Assembly: GCA_026025075.1 (NCBI GenBank)
Contig: JAPEUI010000026.1
Span: 124,001-179,059, forward strand
Length of the DNA: 55,059 nt
Direction of reading: 5' to 3'
DNA from: Vezdaea acicularis
Taxonomy: Eukaryota
Shown here: positions 23,317 through 34,970 of the stretch, in pieces
How the letters are laid out: every line of letters starts with the position of its first letter
Position numbering within the stretch: the first letter of the stretch is position 1
Position numbers and translations under genes: made by a program
Notes under the pieces: model-generated
The model's input: only the letters and a program-made list of their open reading frames with translations
Told to the model about the DNA's origin: nothing
Database searches by the model: none

Positions 23317-24125
23317 TTATTGCCGTTGATACGTAACCTTAACCACCTGGCCTCCTCCAAGCGTCATCCCCCCAGTCCGCTCCTTCGCCCCGATCGCCCC
23401 CGCCTCAGTCTCATACTCCACAAAGGCAATGCCCTGCCGTCCAGGCACCAACCTAACCTCCTTGAATCCATCAAAGCTTCCAAATAAGCCAGAGAGTGCA
23501 TCGATATCGTATTCCTCAGGCAAGTTCTGCACGAACAGGATTTTATTCGGCGGGAGATACTCATCGGGTATCACTGCTGCCGCATTCGCATTTGTACTCT
23601 TCAAACCTGCACCTCGTTGGGCCTTCGCAGGCTTCCCAAGCGGCGCCGAAGCGTCCACTGCCGTTGTCCGTTGCAATCTCGCGGCTTCTTGTGCCATCAA
23701 TGCCTGCTTCCTCTCTTTCTCCGCAAGCCGTCGTCGTTTCCACTCTTCAAGCCCCTCCTCGCCTTCGCTGAGCTTTACCTCGGCGTCTGCCCTCGTCCTA
23801 GCCCATTCTAATTTCATAGGCTTTCCGAAGAGCTCGAAACCTTGAACTTCTGATATAGCTCGCGCCGCCGCTTCTGGTGAGTCGAACACAATGAATGCTT
23901 GCCCTTTGGCACGCAGGTTTTTCTTCGCTATTATGTCGATAATGTTCCCATACTCACTGAAGATCTCATGAAGGGAAGAGGTGAGGAGCGGAATCTTTAT
24001 AGATTCTTCGAGATTGCGGACGTAGACTCTGAATTTGATTAGCTTAGAGTTGAGTAGGCGGGCGTGGGGCGTTGGAGGGGGACGAACGTGCAGCCATGGG
24101 GGTTGGCGGTGTGGGAATCGTCCAT
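23317..24125 (-). CDS. U1 snRNP protein A (U1A/Usp102-like; two RRMs); exons 24125-24088, 24028-23317
   Basis: RRM1 reads TVYVRNLEE...DIIAKKNLRAKGQAFIVF and RRM2 reads EYLPPNKILFVQNLP...EVRLVPGRQGIAFVEY. Intron is GTTCGT..GCTAAT..CAG. YVRNLEE favours U1A over U2B''. Confidence 0.88.
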
Positions 24126-24692
24126 GCTGACCAAATGGGCGGGAGACTAGTCTCAGATTGATACGAGGGTTTTAAAAGTCATTTGAGACCAAGAAAAGGC
24201 AAGAATGTAGGATGGTTTGCTCGTTAATGTACTTTTTGTAGAACTGGTATTCGCAGCTCAAGAAGGTCAAGGTCGAGCGGCAGAGTCCGTTTCCGCACTT
24301 TCCGCGCTACATACTTGATATTGAATCTTAGCTCAACTTCGTCTTCAGAAGCTTGGGCTTTTCCTCGAGTGCGGTAGATTAATATCTAATATTTAGCATG
24401 GTATATTTAACTGTTATACAAATCCCACTCCTGCCTCAAGGAATTGGATGCATGCGACCCTACGATGCAAATACAAGCAGCCATCTAATGATCACAACAG
24501 CAAATGACTGAATCTCTTTCAATGATTAAGCCTGCTCCAACAAAACCGGCCACCATGTGTATCTGTCGACACACAGAGCAGGAAGACTCCAATCGCCAAA
24601 GATATAACTCTTTCCCAATGAGAGGCCCGTGTATGCAGGAGGTCTATGACTGTTGTAACGTAAAATGTGGACGAGGAAATATCGTCTGTCTC

Positions 24693-26375
24693 TTAAGCAG
24701 CTTCTGCTGTAGTTGCAGGCAGTACGTTTTCTTTCACGGGCTGCGCAACTGGACCTCGCTCGAGTGCTTCTTCTTGTGCCTCCTTCTCTCTCAGCTCTCG
24801 TAGAGCCATGCTCTCTATATCGCTTTTGTCCTGTTCCCATTGGCTGTTGGAATCCCCGAACTGCTCCTGGATGCGTCTCATCCGTTCGTTACGTTCCCTC
24901 TCCTCCACCTCATGCGCTATACGCTCCTGCTCCATTTCCTAGAAAGAGTCAATGACCGGCTCCATAAATTTTCTAATAGTGTCAGGCATACCTCCATGTG
25001 CCGGATATCATCGACGCTAGGCTCATACAAATGCCATATTGTGTAATGAGGAAGCCCCACAACCGAAAATTGCATTCGCTTTGCCATCTAGGATTCTATT
25101 AGCGCTGTCGCAATACTTTCTCCAGATTCATGTTCATTACCTTTCCGAAGCCTTCTGTCTCGGCGTGCTTTTCAAAGCTGAAGGCTGGGAAGTGTACGCC
25201 AGATCTAAACACCTTCGCTTTTGCTAGGATACTGACCCCGCCCACGCCATCAATATCCATCTCCATATCTGGATCACCGTATGGGTCCCTCAAATATGCC
25301 AAATGAGGCCGCCATGTGGCATACTCGGCATAGCCTTCCACAATTACGGCATCCTCGTCCAAGTCGTTTGCTAAAGCGAGAGCAGTTTCGGATTCTTGCC
25401 AGGAGTTGAGATCATATGGCTGTTCACCTCCTAGCCAGTCGGGTAAAGGTCGCCAAACATCTGAATGTAAAGGTCAGCCTATGATGTTCGCCATCTCCAC
25501 TGATGGCTTCTCATCACTCACTAGGAACAATAACGTCCTTATTATGGCGCATTAGATCCTCAAGAATGGTGAAAGGTGCAGTCTCAACGTCTGCATCCCG
25601 CCAGTAAACCCAGCTGTGATATGGTCGAAGAGCAGCACTTAATAGCCAGTTACGCGCTTGCGCCATAAGCTTTCGCCGGCTTGCTTGAGCAGCAAATCCA
25701 TGTCTACTTTCAACATCTTGATTCACCTTCTGCCCAAAGTCCTTTTCAATCACAGATATCTCTCCGTACGGTTGTTTTGGATCAGGGTCTGCTTGAAGTT
25801 CCTTGAGCAGTTCCGAGAGTAGGGGAAGTGTAAGGTCCTTGGAGTCTGATACGAGGAAAGCAAGGTCTATCAGATGATGAGGATACGTGAAGTTGCGCAG
25901 ATGAGCAAAAAACATGGGCAAGTGAGATTCTGCATCGCGGAGCGGGGCGCACAGTAAGATGCGCTCCTCTCGTTCCCATCCTTTTGCCGTTCCTTGAACA
26001 TTGGACAGATCGTAATATCGAACCGTTTCAAGCTGGAAATCTTCGGTAGATGATAAAAGCCCGAGGGATATTGCGGGTAATACAGAACTTCGTAACGAAG
26101 GAAAGAATAATATCACAAGTAGAGTCGAGATACCACCGACTATCGCTAACCGTATAAGTAGTTGCCGTCGTCTTCGTAACGCAGGCTGTGATCGAGGCTG
26201 AAATCTACATAGTCATGAGATTGATTAGAGATAGCCCGTAATTCTAATGGAGACCGCGGATGATATCTAAGTAGCAAATGCCATACCTATGGGGAGAGAT
26301 AGAAAAGGTCCCATTGCCGCCGTTTGGATAGCCATGGCCATTGGAATAAGCCGCAGCCTGGTGCCGTGGCATCAT
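24693..26375 (-). CDS. ANP1: Mannan polymerase subunit Anp1 (GT62, Anp1/Van1/Mnn9 family); exons 26375-26287, 26204-25522, 25460-25141, 25087-24992, 24938-24693
   Basis: N-terminal TM anchor, then LLCAPLRDA, YPHHLIDLAFLVSDS, SWVYWRDADVE, DVIVPNVWRP, YDLNSWQES, DGVGGVSIL, ETEGFGKMAKRM and GLPHYTIWH. Four canonical introns. Confidence 0.93.
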
Positions 26376-28835
26376 CTTCTTCGAATTTGCGGATGCATGC
26401 GTAGGTAACATTCGAAAGGTAAGCCGGCCGTGAAGGCGTTCGAGAAATTGAGATAGACTTCTTAAGGCTGTTGAGCCACGCGTCGAGTAGTGGAAGCGCG
26501 GCTGCTACGGAGTAGGAATATTCGGTGTCGGTAGCGTTGAGGATGTTGCGGTATTTCACGCTCCTGGCAGGGTCGACGAGACTCGCCGTGCACTTAGAGA
26601 TCGTTCGTATAAGGAGGCTTGAGTTCAGGCCACTTGGATAAACGAGCTGGCTTCGCGGCTTGTCTTGCAGCGTCGCGGGCCGGATGGGCGGACCCTACTT
26701 AATAAAGAGGCTTCGTCTAGATGCTCGACTCATACATATCGAGACCTAGGCGCAGTGGAGGGAGTAGGGCAGTTGACGCGACAACAATAATGAATCAAGA
26801 GAGGGACTCTCACTCCTTTGTCGGGAAAGATTTTAGGGGTCATTCGCCTCTCCTGCACCAAAGTATCATGAGCACGGCAACCATGCCTCGAGAAATTTTA
26901 GTGCCCCTCGCCAATTTTAGACACATCATATCTAGCCCCTAATCCCAGCAGCGGTGCACACAGAGAGTCCCACATGGTCATTATGTTTGCGACTCCCTAT
27001 CTGGTAAGGAAACATGGTTTTAAGTATCTGATGACCAGCCTTCTGTCCGTAGTCAATACATGCAGCATATGCAGTCACTGGAAAAAGTCCTAGATTGATA
27101 AATGCAGCAGCAACAACTTGTACCCCAATCGTCTTGCAGTATGTCGAGGTTTCCCATTTTCAGCACAAGGTCTGTTAGGCCACAACGGCATAGTGATTTA
27201 GGAAACATAGGATGACTTCGTTTTCACACTTGTGGTCATCTATAAGAGGTCCTCAGAAAACGAATATATTTCTTAGGATCGCCTTTAAGCCGTCTCCCAT
27301 CAAGTACTCATGGCATGTGCGAAGCATTGTTTAGCATGTATTCGTGAGAGCCTGAGGGGAGTAAAAGCACAAGACATGTCGGCGAGCTTGCCGATAGTAA
27401 GGTAAGGTGCTTCTTCAAGCCGAGGACTAAAGCGCCACTGGCCGTAAAAGCGATCATACAAGATATGCCTATTCAATCTGGGGTTATACTAACTAGGTCT
27501 TCGGCAACCAATGAAAACGTCACGTAGTCCTTCCGAGAAGCTTAGAGCTGACAGCACGAAATCTATGAAAGTCGTCAGCATCTGACGGCTATCGCGATTC
27601 AATAGGTGTTCAGTGCTCTCATGAGAGCTCAGAGAAGCCGATTTACTCAAGCCTTCCCACCGGCCGCCAAGGCAGTGAACCCAGGACGGGCCCTTGCCTT
27701 CACAGCTCTAAAACCAGCATTACAGTCGAGCTTTTCCCCAGTTGAGTAACCAAGTATTAGGCAAGACAACTCCACTACCTATCATTCCAAGTCTTAATGA
27801 CTGGTCCGGTGCGGGAGGGTGGCTCGATGGGGACAGGGCTTCGTTGAATGGATAGACTATTATCATCATAGGGCTGAGGAAGGTTTAGGGAATATTCACT
27901 TACCCAGTAAACGCCGTACTGTCTATAGACAGGTCCTAGATACCCGTGACATGTTAGGGCCTGGTTTAAAGAGTGTCTTATGAAAGAGATAGGAATATCA
28001 ATCATATCAGAGTAGTTTGTTTGGTATTTAGGGAGTCATCAGTATGCTTCAGTAGCAGAACTGTTGAAATTTTTTGCATCATTTGAGGTTGGGGGATCCA
28101 AGAAACGGGTTAAATAATCCGACTTACAGCTGACATTGAGCAGAGGCTTTACCCTAACTCAACGAGAGTGTCATGCAGGTAAGGCCGAAAGCTCATACCG
28201 GAGCTTCATCATATCCGTGTGTTATGCTAATGACACTCTCCTACCGTTGAAAGGATCGCATGGTAGGATGTAGATCGTTAGAGGGTGGATTATTAGAGCG
28301 TCGCCTACAAAGCGAGTAATGCCTGAATAAGAACTAAATCATTAACTGTTTATATCCTTAAAGTTCAATGGTACTTAAGCAAGTATTAGACTAAATCAGA
28401 TGGTAGTGCATGTTGTTCAATGGCTCATGGAAGTCACCAGAACTTGAGTTATGAAGTTTTTCCTCATGTTAAGCTAGGGAGAGATTTGGAGGAATGCTCA
28501 CGTAGATGACATTGCAGGAACAAATGCCTGGAGCTAGAGTGGAGCCTCTTGTCCCCAGCTATCAAATCCAGCCATCAGTTGAGTCACTCTTAATTATATG
28601 ATATGTTATATCGTACGAAGACTGTTGGACTGTGGGTATGAAAGTCGAGATTGAAGCACCCAAGACACTTAACGACTTTTCCAGTTGAGCAAACACAAGC
28701 AAACACAAGCAGACACCCACCATGACAGACCGGAAATGATCTTCCGTTCTAGCAACTCAGATTTACACTTAGTTGGCTTCGGACCGACAGAAAGACGCCG
28801 TTTGAATACACCTGACTATGTTGCCATATTAAAAA

Positions 28836-29990
28836 ATGACCGACAAAAGACGCATCAACGGGCCAACAGGCGGTACAGCTTCTCCGAAGTACGCCCTAAG
28901 GCCGGACGCAAGTACTTCACCTAGTGAGAGACTCATACGTTCAAGGGCCCCAAATGAGCTCAGAAAGATATGTGGGGACTCCTAGGCTCTGTAATCAATT
29001 TTTCCAAGAGGTTTTGGGCTATTTGATCCCCCGATAGCTAATTAAAGATCATCACATCTAGTTCTCAAGAATGGTCTTATACCGGCCGCCACTGGATCTG
29101 CTTACCTCGAACTTGATTCATTACAAACCCCAAGCGCCAGTTTACCCGTACTAGCATTCGCTTCTCCAGCCATAAAGCTCGTTTGTGCTGTTCACGGTCC
29201 TCGGCCCCTCCCACGGTCCGCCCCGTTTAGCCCCATCCTCCTTCTATCAACACACGTGAAGTTCGCTCCGTTCGCATCCAGTATTCGCCGAGGCCATCTA
29301 AGAGATAACACTGAGAAGGATCTTGCCGCTCATCTAGAGACGGCTCTACGAGGAGTTATCATTGGCGACCGCTGGCCGAAAAGCGGCATTGATGTGGTAG
29401 TCACGATTTTGGAGGGAGAAGAGGACAACTGGTGGGGAGATCAGATCATTGGAGAGGCTACCGAAAGCAAAGCCAACGGCAAATGGGGCTTGATGACCGT
29501 ACTTGCTAGTTGTATAACTGTAGCTTCAGCAGCTATAGCTGATGCTGGCATTGACTGTGTTGATCTTGTCTCTGGTGGTGTCGCTGCCTTAGTAAGACAA
29601 GAAAATGCCGATCAAGCAGACAAACAAGCAAAGACAGAGCAGGATCAGCATTTCATGATGGTCCTAGACCCCTGCCCAGCAGAGCATCCCAAGATTCTTG
29701 CAGCTTGCGTTGTAGGCCACCTGTCTGCCAGGGACGAAGTCACGGAATTCTGGTTCAAAGGAGGCGGCTTCAAGTCAAAGGATGGCTCAGGGAGCCTGAC
29801 AGCAGGTAATCTGGAGCAGCATCTACTTGATGGAGCAGTGCGTGCCGCAGCTGCCTCGCGGACCGTTCTTGGAGCTGCCGTCAAGGAAGCAAGCCAGCTA
29901 AGGCTGGGTCTTAGCCAGCCAGTCGGCATGGTCAAAGATTCGACAAAGCAGTCGACTCATGGCGAAGACATGCATATGCATGGAGCTTGA
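28836..29990 (+). CDS. MTR3: Exosome core subunit Mtr3 (RNase PH fold); exons 28836-28971, 29062-29990
   Basis: Motifs MTDKRRINGP, ELRKIFLKNGLIPAATGSAYLE, CAVHGPRP, VKFAPFAS, RWPKSGIDVVVTILE and ADAGIDCVDLV. Intron is GTGGGG..GCTAAT..TAG. Confidence 0.9.
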
Positions 29991-30401
29991 TTGCTCAATG
30001 GCCTATTTGGAATGCAAAAATCTTTCCAGACCCTCACTGTTACTTTCTCAAATGCTCGTGGGGCAAGCAGATTCGCGAACTTTCTCGTGTGAGCTCAATT
30101 AGCTTTCAGTTGTCCTTTTCCTGACAAGCAATTGCCTCGTTTCGGTCGACTGCTCAAGCTAGGGAAGGGAGCCTGCATTACGCTTCGGCGTAGCGTCTCA
30201 GATGTTTGCTTTCAACGCTGACTTCGTTGTTCAGATCTATGTCAGATCGTTTCCTTTCATGAGTGACGATTTATTTTGATCAAGACCATTCATGTTGTGG
30301 GGAACGGAACCAGACTCCTCTAAATCGTGATATCTAGACATCTAGATATCCTTCAAAGCCCTAGCCATCAGCAAATCCAAGTAGCATAGCTAGTCCTCAT
30401 C

Positions 30402-31434
30402 ATGCCTTCCAAAATACAACTTGATGAGAACCTGTGGTTTCTTTACATTTGTCTTCAGAAGTCTGACTTCAAAACTGTAAGCATTCCGATCATTGGATTC
30501 AAGCATGGCTAATAAACTAATCAACTCCCACAAGATCGATTTCAATGCTGTAGGCATTGCTACAAATCTCAACCCGCCAGCCGCTCGAATGCGTTACACA
30601 CGGCTTCGTCGGCAAATTGAAGGAGGAACGTTGATTGGCACACGTGGGAAGCCGTTTCATGGTGGAGCAGAGAAGATCGCTCAGTCTCAGAAGAAACGTA
30701 AGACTGGCTTGCCAACATCTACCTTCAAAGATGGAGAAGAAAGAGATGATGATGAGGAAGGGGAGGAGGAAGTCCAAGTTCTCCGAACACGTAGTGGGTC
30801 ATGTATCATTCGCAGTGCAAAAAGTGAAGCATCTTCGACAGACGCTTCTGAGTGGAATGACGAGGATGACTTACCCTTGGCCAAGAGAAGGACGGCAGAT
30901 GCAGGACGGGTAAGAAAGTCCATAAAATCTGAGCCTGATCGGCGGCGCGCAAAGGCAGTCAGTCCCATTGCTGGTGTTGAGGAACGTATCCCGCGAGGCA
31001 AGATATCAACCCGCCCGTTGCCCCCGCCCCCGCCACCGCAAATATCTCTTGAAATACAGCGCTCCAGTACTCTAGAGCGGCCGAAGATCAAGGTATCCGA
31101 AGCTTCTCCGACTCCAAATTTTAGGCACATGAAGGTTGAACCGAGCAGCGAATCTGACGTAGATATCAAGCGAGACGTTGATCTGCCTGAAAAGCAGCGG
31201 AAGCGATCTCTTGATCTATACGAGGTTCCAGAAGTATTGGTTAAGCCAGAAAAACTCGGTGATGCTTCTATGAATCGCAAGCAAGTCTCACTCAAAGTTG
31301 AAGGCGACCAAGGGGCCATCACACCCAAAGCAGAGCCTCTCGCCACGGCCATCAAAGCTGAAGAATTGGAAGACTGCTACGTTCTAGAGTCACCTCTCAA
31401 ATCAGAGCCCTTAGAGCGAAAGCCATTCTCTTGA
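30402..31434 (+). CDS. Fungal Myb-like DNA-binding domain protein with disordered tail; exons 30402-30476, 30535-31434
   Basis: Spliced N-terminus MPSKIQLDENLWFLYICLQKSDFKTIDFNAVGIATNLNPPAARMRYTRLRRQIE. Intron is GTAAGC..ACTAAT..AAG. The tail has several (I/V)KxE motifs. Confidence 0.8.
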
Positions 31435-31678
31435 AGTGGAGGCAAGCCAAGCGAGGCGTATCAAGGTTTGGAGAAAGCATGGCATATTGGTAGGAGGAGC
31501 TGTAATTTTCCATGTCATCTTCTCATATAAACCTTGAGTCCTATCACGATCAGCTAGCCGCCTGCTCCTATGAGTACGTGTCGCCCAGCCTCAATGCCAA
31601 ACAACTTCACTCCACGTGCGCTTAAATTTGTACTACTATCATGCCCGCTCGTAAATCGACTCGCATCGATATCGCCCT

Positions 31679-32467
31679 TCAGAAACCACTTTCCGTCCTC
31701 GGCCTCAACCTCGATCCACTCCAGTCCTTCCCCAAAATTGTAACCACGTAACTTCGCTTGTTCGCCCCAGCCCAGTTCCTCGGTCGCCCATTGGGAGCTT
31801 CCTTGCACTCAGACCCAAAACAACAGATCTCCCTCCTGCGGCCTGCATTACCGCCGCCAAAACACCTCATTCCGCCCCTTTCGATTTCTCCAAACTCTGC
31901 ACCACTTCTTTCCTGGCTCACTGCTATTTCCGACGCAACCTTCGAACCCATGCTCGGACCATACTCCCACGAAACTGAGCTTGAGTCCACCATCTGTCCG
32001 GTGTGATCGTTTGCCCAATTACTAGCGTCTGCTCTGCCAGGTTCACATTCGCAGCTGTCTCTACACTCCTCGCTCCCCCGCTCGAACGTATCAGCATCAA
32101 CACCTTCAGGTATTTGCGCGGAGCAGATGAGCAAGACGGAGAAGCTCAAAGGAACAGGTACACAGTGGCAGCCGTACGTAGAAATGCAGTGACGGGTGTA
32201 TGCTGATGTGAGGATATCATTGTGATTTGCAGCACCATGCTGACTCAGGCCGTTCATCAGATAGGGCGACTGGAGGGAGGCGGGGAGGTGGCAGGCTAGG
32301 GTCGGAGGCAATAAAGAAAAGACCTGACCTCGACGGAAGAGTAGAGATGGAGGGGCGGGCAAGCTCGCTACTATGGGCGTGGATATTGTTAAAGTGACTA
32401 TGGAAAGGTATTGGAGGAGCCAAAGGAAGAGGGGAGGAGCCAGAGAATAGATTCGCAGTGGATGCAT
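31679..32467 (-). CDS. Putative secreted cysteine-rich protein (262 aa, 12 Cys)
   Basis: ATG start, hydrophobic N-terminus (LAPPLFLWLLQYLSIVTLT), FRR dibasic site, 8-Cys block and a C-x12-CC-x4-C block. Confidence 0.65.
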   Translation of the reverse strand: MHPLRIYSLAPPLFLWLLQYLSIVTLTISTPIVASLPAPPSLLFRRGQVFSLLPPTLACHLPASLQSPYLMNGLSQHGAANHNDILTSAYTRHCISTYGCHCVPVPLSFSVLLICSAQIPEGVDADTFERGSEECRDSCECEPGRADASNWANDHTGQMVDSSSVSWEYGPSMGSKVASEIAVSQERSGAEFGEIERGGMRCFGGGNAGRRREICCFGSECKEAPNGRPRNWAGANKRSYVVTILGKDWSGSRLRPRTESGF

Positions 32468-33211
32468 TGACGACTCGGGGTCTAGTGATGGCGATGCAAG
32501 TCTTTCAAAACCCTTATTCAGGCCTTTCCGGTACAGCTGATGACCGCTGTCGTCCAGGACTTATCATGCGAAACGCAGATGTGACTTCTCTCGTTATCTT
32601 TCTCTTATTTTTCTCCCTCTCGTTCCATGGTAGCACAATCGGTGGCCGGGGCCGAGGGCTTTGCTGTTCTTAACCAAAATCTCCATCAGATCTTTCATGT
32701 GCGCCTGGTATGTGCACTTTTAGTCCCAATCAGAAACCTAGGCATTTTTGGAGAGAGTGTAGGATTAGATGCGACCCGGCACAGCAGCTTTTCAGCATGC
32801 AGCCTTACGCCTGACAGGTGATTTCATGAGAGGCCAAGAAGCGGTCCGTGAGGGCTCACCCTGAGAGGAGAGCCGAAACAAAAGAAAGCGAAGTTGGTCG
32901 GCGGGGTGCCAGGTGACAGAAAACCGGATTTAAATGGCTCAGTTCCGACCTTGATGTAAAGCTTCATGACAAACTGATAGACTTACTGAGCCTATGAAGA
33001 CCGGTGGTAGTGCAAAGAGTAACCGCGAACGGAACACGAGATATATATTCGAGAGATAATCGGTAAGGGCGGCAAATCTTTAGAATAGCTATGAAATTTC
33101 TAGATGCAGATAAGAGTTGAGTAAGGATTAAATTTACAAAAAGCCAATCGCTGATGGAGATGGCGGAGAAACGTAAGGGAACGGAGCTCCCGATTTTTTC
33201 CGCAGGAAGGA

Positions 33212-34970
33212 CTACTCTGTTTTCCAAACGTCACTTGGTCTATTAGTGGAGTAAATATCGTCATCTTGAGGCTGTACAGAGGTAGGATCAATTGGCTGCT
33301 GATGTTGTGATGGTTGAGAGGATGTCCCACCAGAGTTCTTTGCCGCCGCTTTAGTACCCTTCTTGCCTTTGCGCCCTTTCATCTTCGCTTTCTCGAGCAG
33401 TCGACGCTTTTCTGCTATGCGTTTCTTCTCATCCCGATCCTTGATCTCATACTGACGCATGAGCGCGAGCGGTTGAGTCCCGAAAATACTCTCGTATTCA
33501 CAAAATTCGCAGATCCAGATATCCTCAGGGTTCGGGGGATTATGACAATTTGCATACTCTTGATCCAAGCGTCTTTGACGGGCTGCGAGGGCATATTCAC
33601 GTCCAGGGCGGCGACGCGACTTTTTTGGTTGCCCGTCTGCATCTTGCATTGCTCCGGTGTTCTGCTGTCTAGAGTGTGGTCCTTGTTGTGATGGAGAATC
33701 TACTTGGCCAGGAAGCCCAATGTTTGGAAGATGCTGGTTGGATTGGACTGCCTGGTCCACCATTCTTTTCCCGGCATTGGCATCACCTATAGGCAAAGAC
33801 CTGCCAGAGCGAGGGTTGTTCATAGCACTTGGGCCACCTGGGTCAACTCCCGGCCAAGCAAATTCATTAGACGTGAACGTGAACTGGGTTTTCGTTGGAT
33901 CGGTTTTCTTGGAAGCTCCTTGCTGAAGCAAACTGATGTTTTCCTGGCCTCGCACTAGCGAGGGCGGCGCTCGTTGACTTTCAGCAATAGCCTCAGAGAT
34001 AATTCCCTTATTTTTCTCATGATGGCTATAGTCATCATCTGGAAACTCATCAGCAATTATAGTTTAAACACTTTTTTTAGGCAATTTGCCGTTAGGAAGA
34101 TTTACATTTTGTCAAACTCCCAACACCGCTTGGAGTCCAGTCCCTTCTGGTGCGAGCTGATCGGTTGTTTAGAGCATCAGATGAGCTAGCGAGTGGGAAT
34201 CTGGGGGCACTGCTGCGGCCACCGCTCGTCCGACCGTATCTAGCTCTGCCTGCACCAGATATGCCACCTCCGATTGAGGATGCAGGGTTGCCAGATCCGT
34301 AATACTGGCCCACATCGTCCACAGTGAATTCGTCGGGAGAGATTTGTTCTTGGTCATGTGAGAGATGACTTGTCTTGCTAGTACCACCCTCGGCCTGATG
34401 TGCTTTGGACCCGCTGGGTTCGTTAGGGATCGGTATTTTCCGCTTCTTCTTATTATTTGTGTTCTCGAAAGACTCATAGCCATCAGCAGACGACGTTGTC
34501 GAGATAGTAGGAGGAGGCTTGGATAAGCGAGAGGCGTCCATTTTCTGATATTGAGGAGTACCTCTGTGGATTGAGATATTTGGACGAGCTGAGCTTGAGC
34601 CATTTTGAGTCGAATGTCCAGCTCGGCCGAAAGACAGATGCTCATCAGCAAATTGAACCTCAGCATCATTAAGCTCACGTTGACCCTGGCTGTCACGTAA
34701 GCGATCCATGGGGCTTCTACTGTCGAGGTATTGAGGAGCGTCGGAGATTTCTGACGGCTCGCCAGGCCCAGCATGATCAGAAGGAAAATAGAACATTGGC
34801 ACCGTTGTGGCAGGAGAAGGTGGGTATACGATAGTCGATGCAATTTCCTTAGGCAATCGATCCTTGATACCACGGCTCGGCAAAGGACGGATTGGTCGAG
34901 GACGTGAACGATATATAGGAGAGGAATCAGGAGAGGACTGCGACGGCGGCGAATAGGCTGCAGAGGCCAT
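33212..34970 (-). CDS. Conserved Pezizomycotina hypothetical nuclear protein; exons 34970-34106, 34038-33212
   Basis: Motifs RPIRPLP, FENTNNKKKRKIP, GIISEAIA, GQENISLL, TQFTFT, YALAARQRR, WICEFCEYESIFG and YEIKDR...RRLLEKAKMKGRKGKK. Intron GTAAAT..GCTGAT..CAG keeps frame. The 3' end is less certain. Confidence 0.85.

Noticed and set aside
27775..28005. 76-aa ORF as a third 8-Cys family member
   Set aside because: Only one Cys and no signal peptide.
28151..28158. ACCCTAAC as a telomerase RNA template
   Set aside because: Only ~680 nt remain before MTR3 on this strand, too short for a filamentous-fungal telomerase RNA. I saw no pseudoknot, CR4/5 or AUAAGU processing site.
28168..28185. CTTACCTG on the minus strand resembling the U1 snRNA 5' end
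   Set aside because: No AUUGCAC loop or Sm site at the proper distance; it is simply the complement of a donor-like site.
28170..28210. Hammerhead-like GAAA-stem-UH segment, or TPP riboswitch
   Set aside because: The CUGANGA core and adjoining stem I are absent. The TPP CUGAGA and CUUGAU motifs are also absent.
30179..30192. TACGC-TTCG-GCGTA cUUCGg tetraloop hairpin
   Set aside because: Only a 5-bp stem with no surrounding structure, and plausible by chance.
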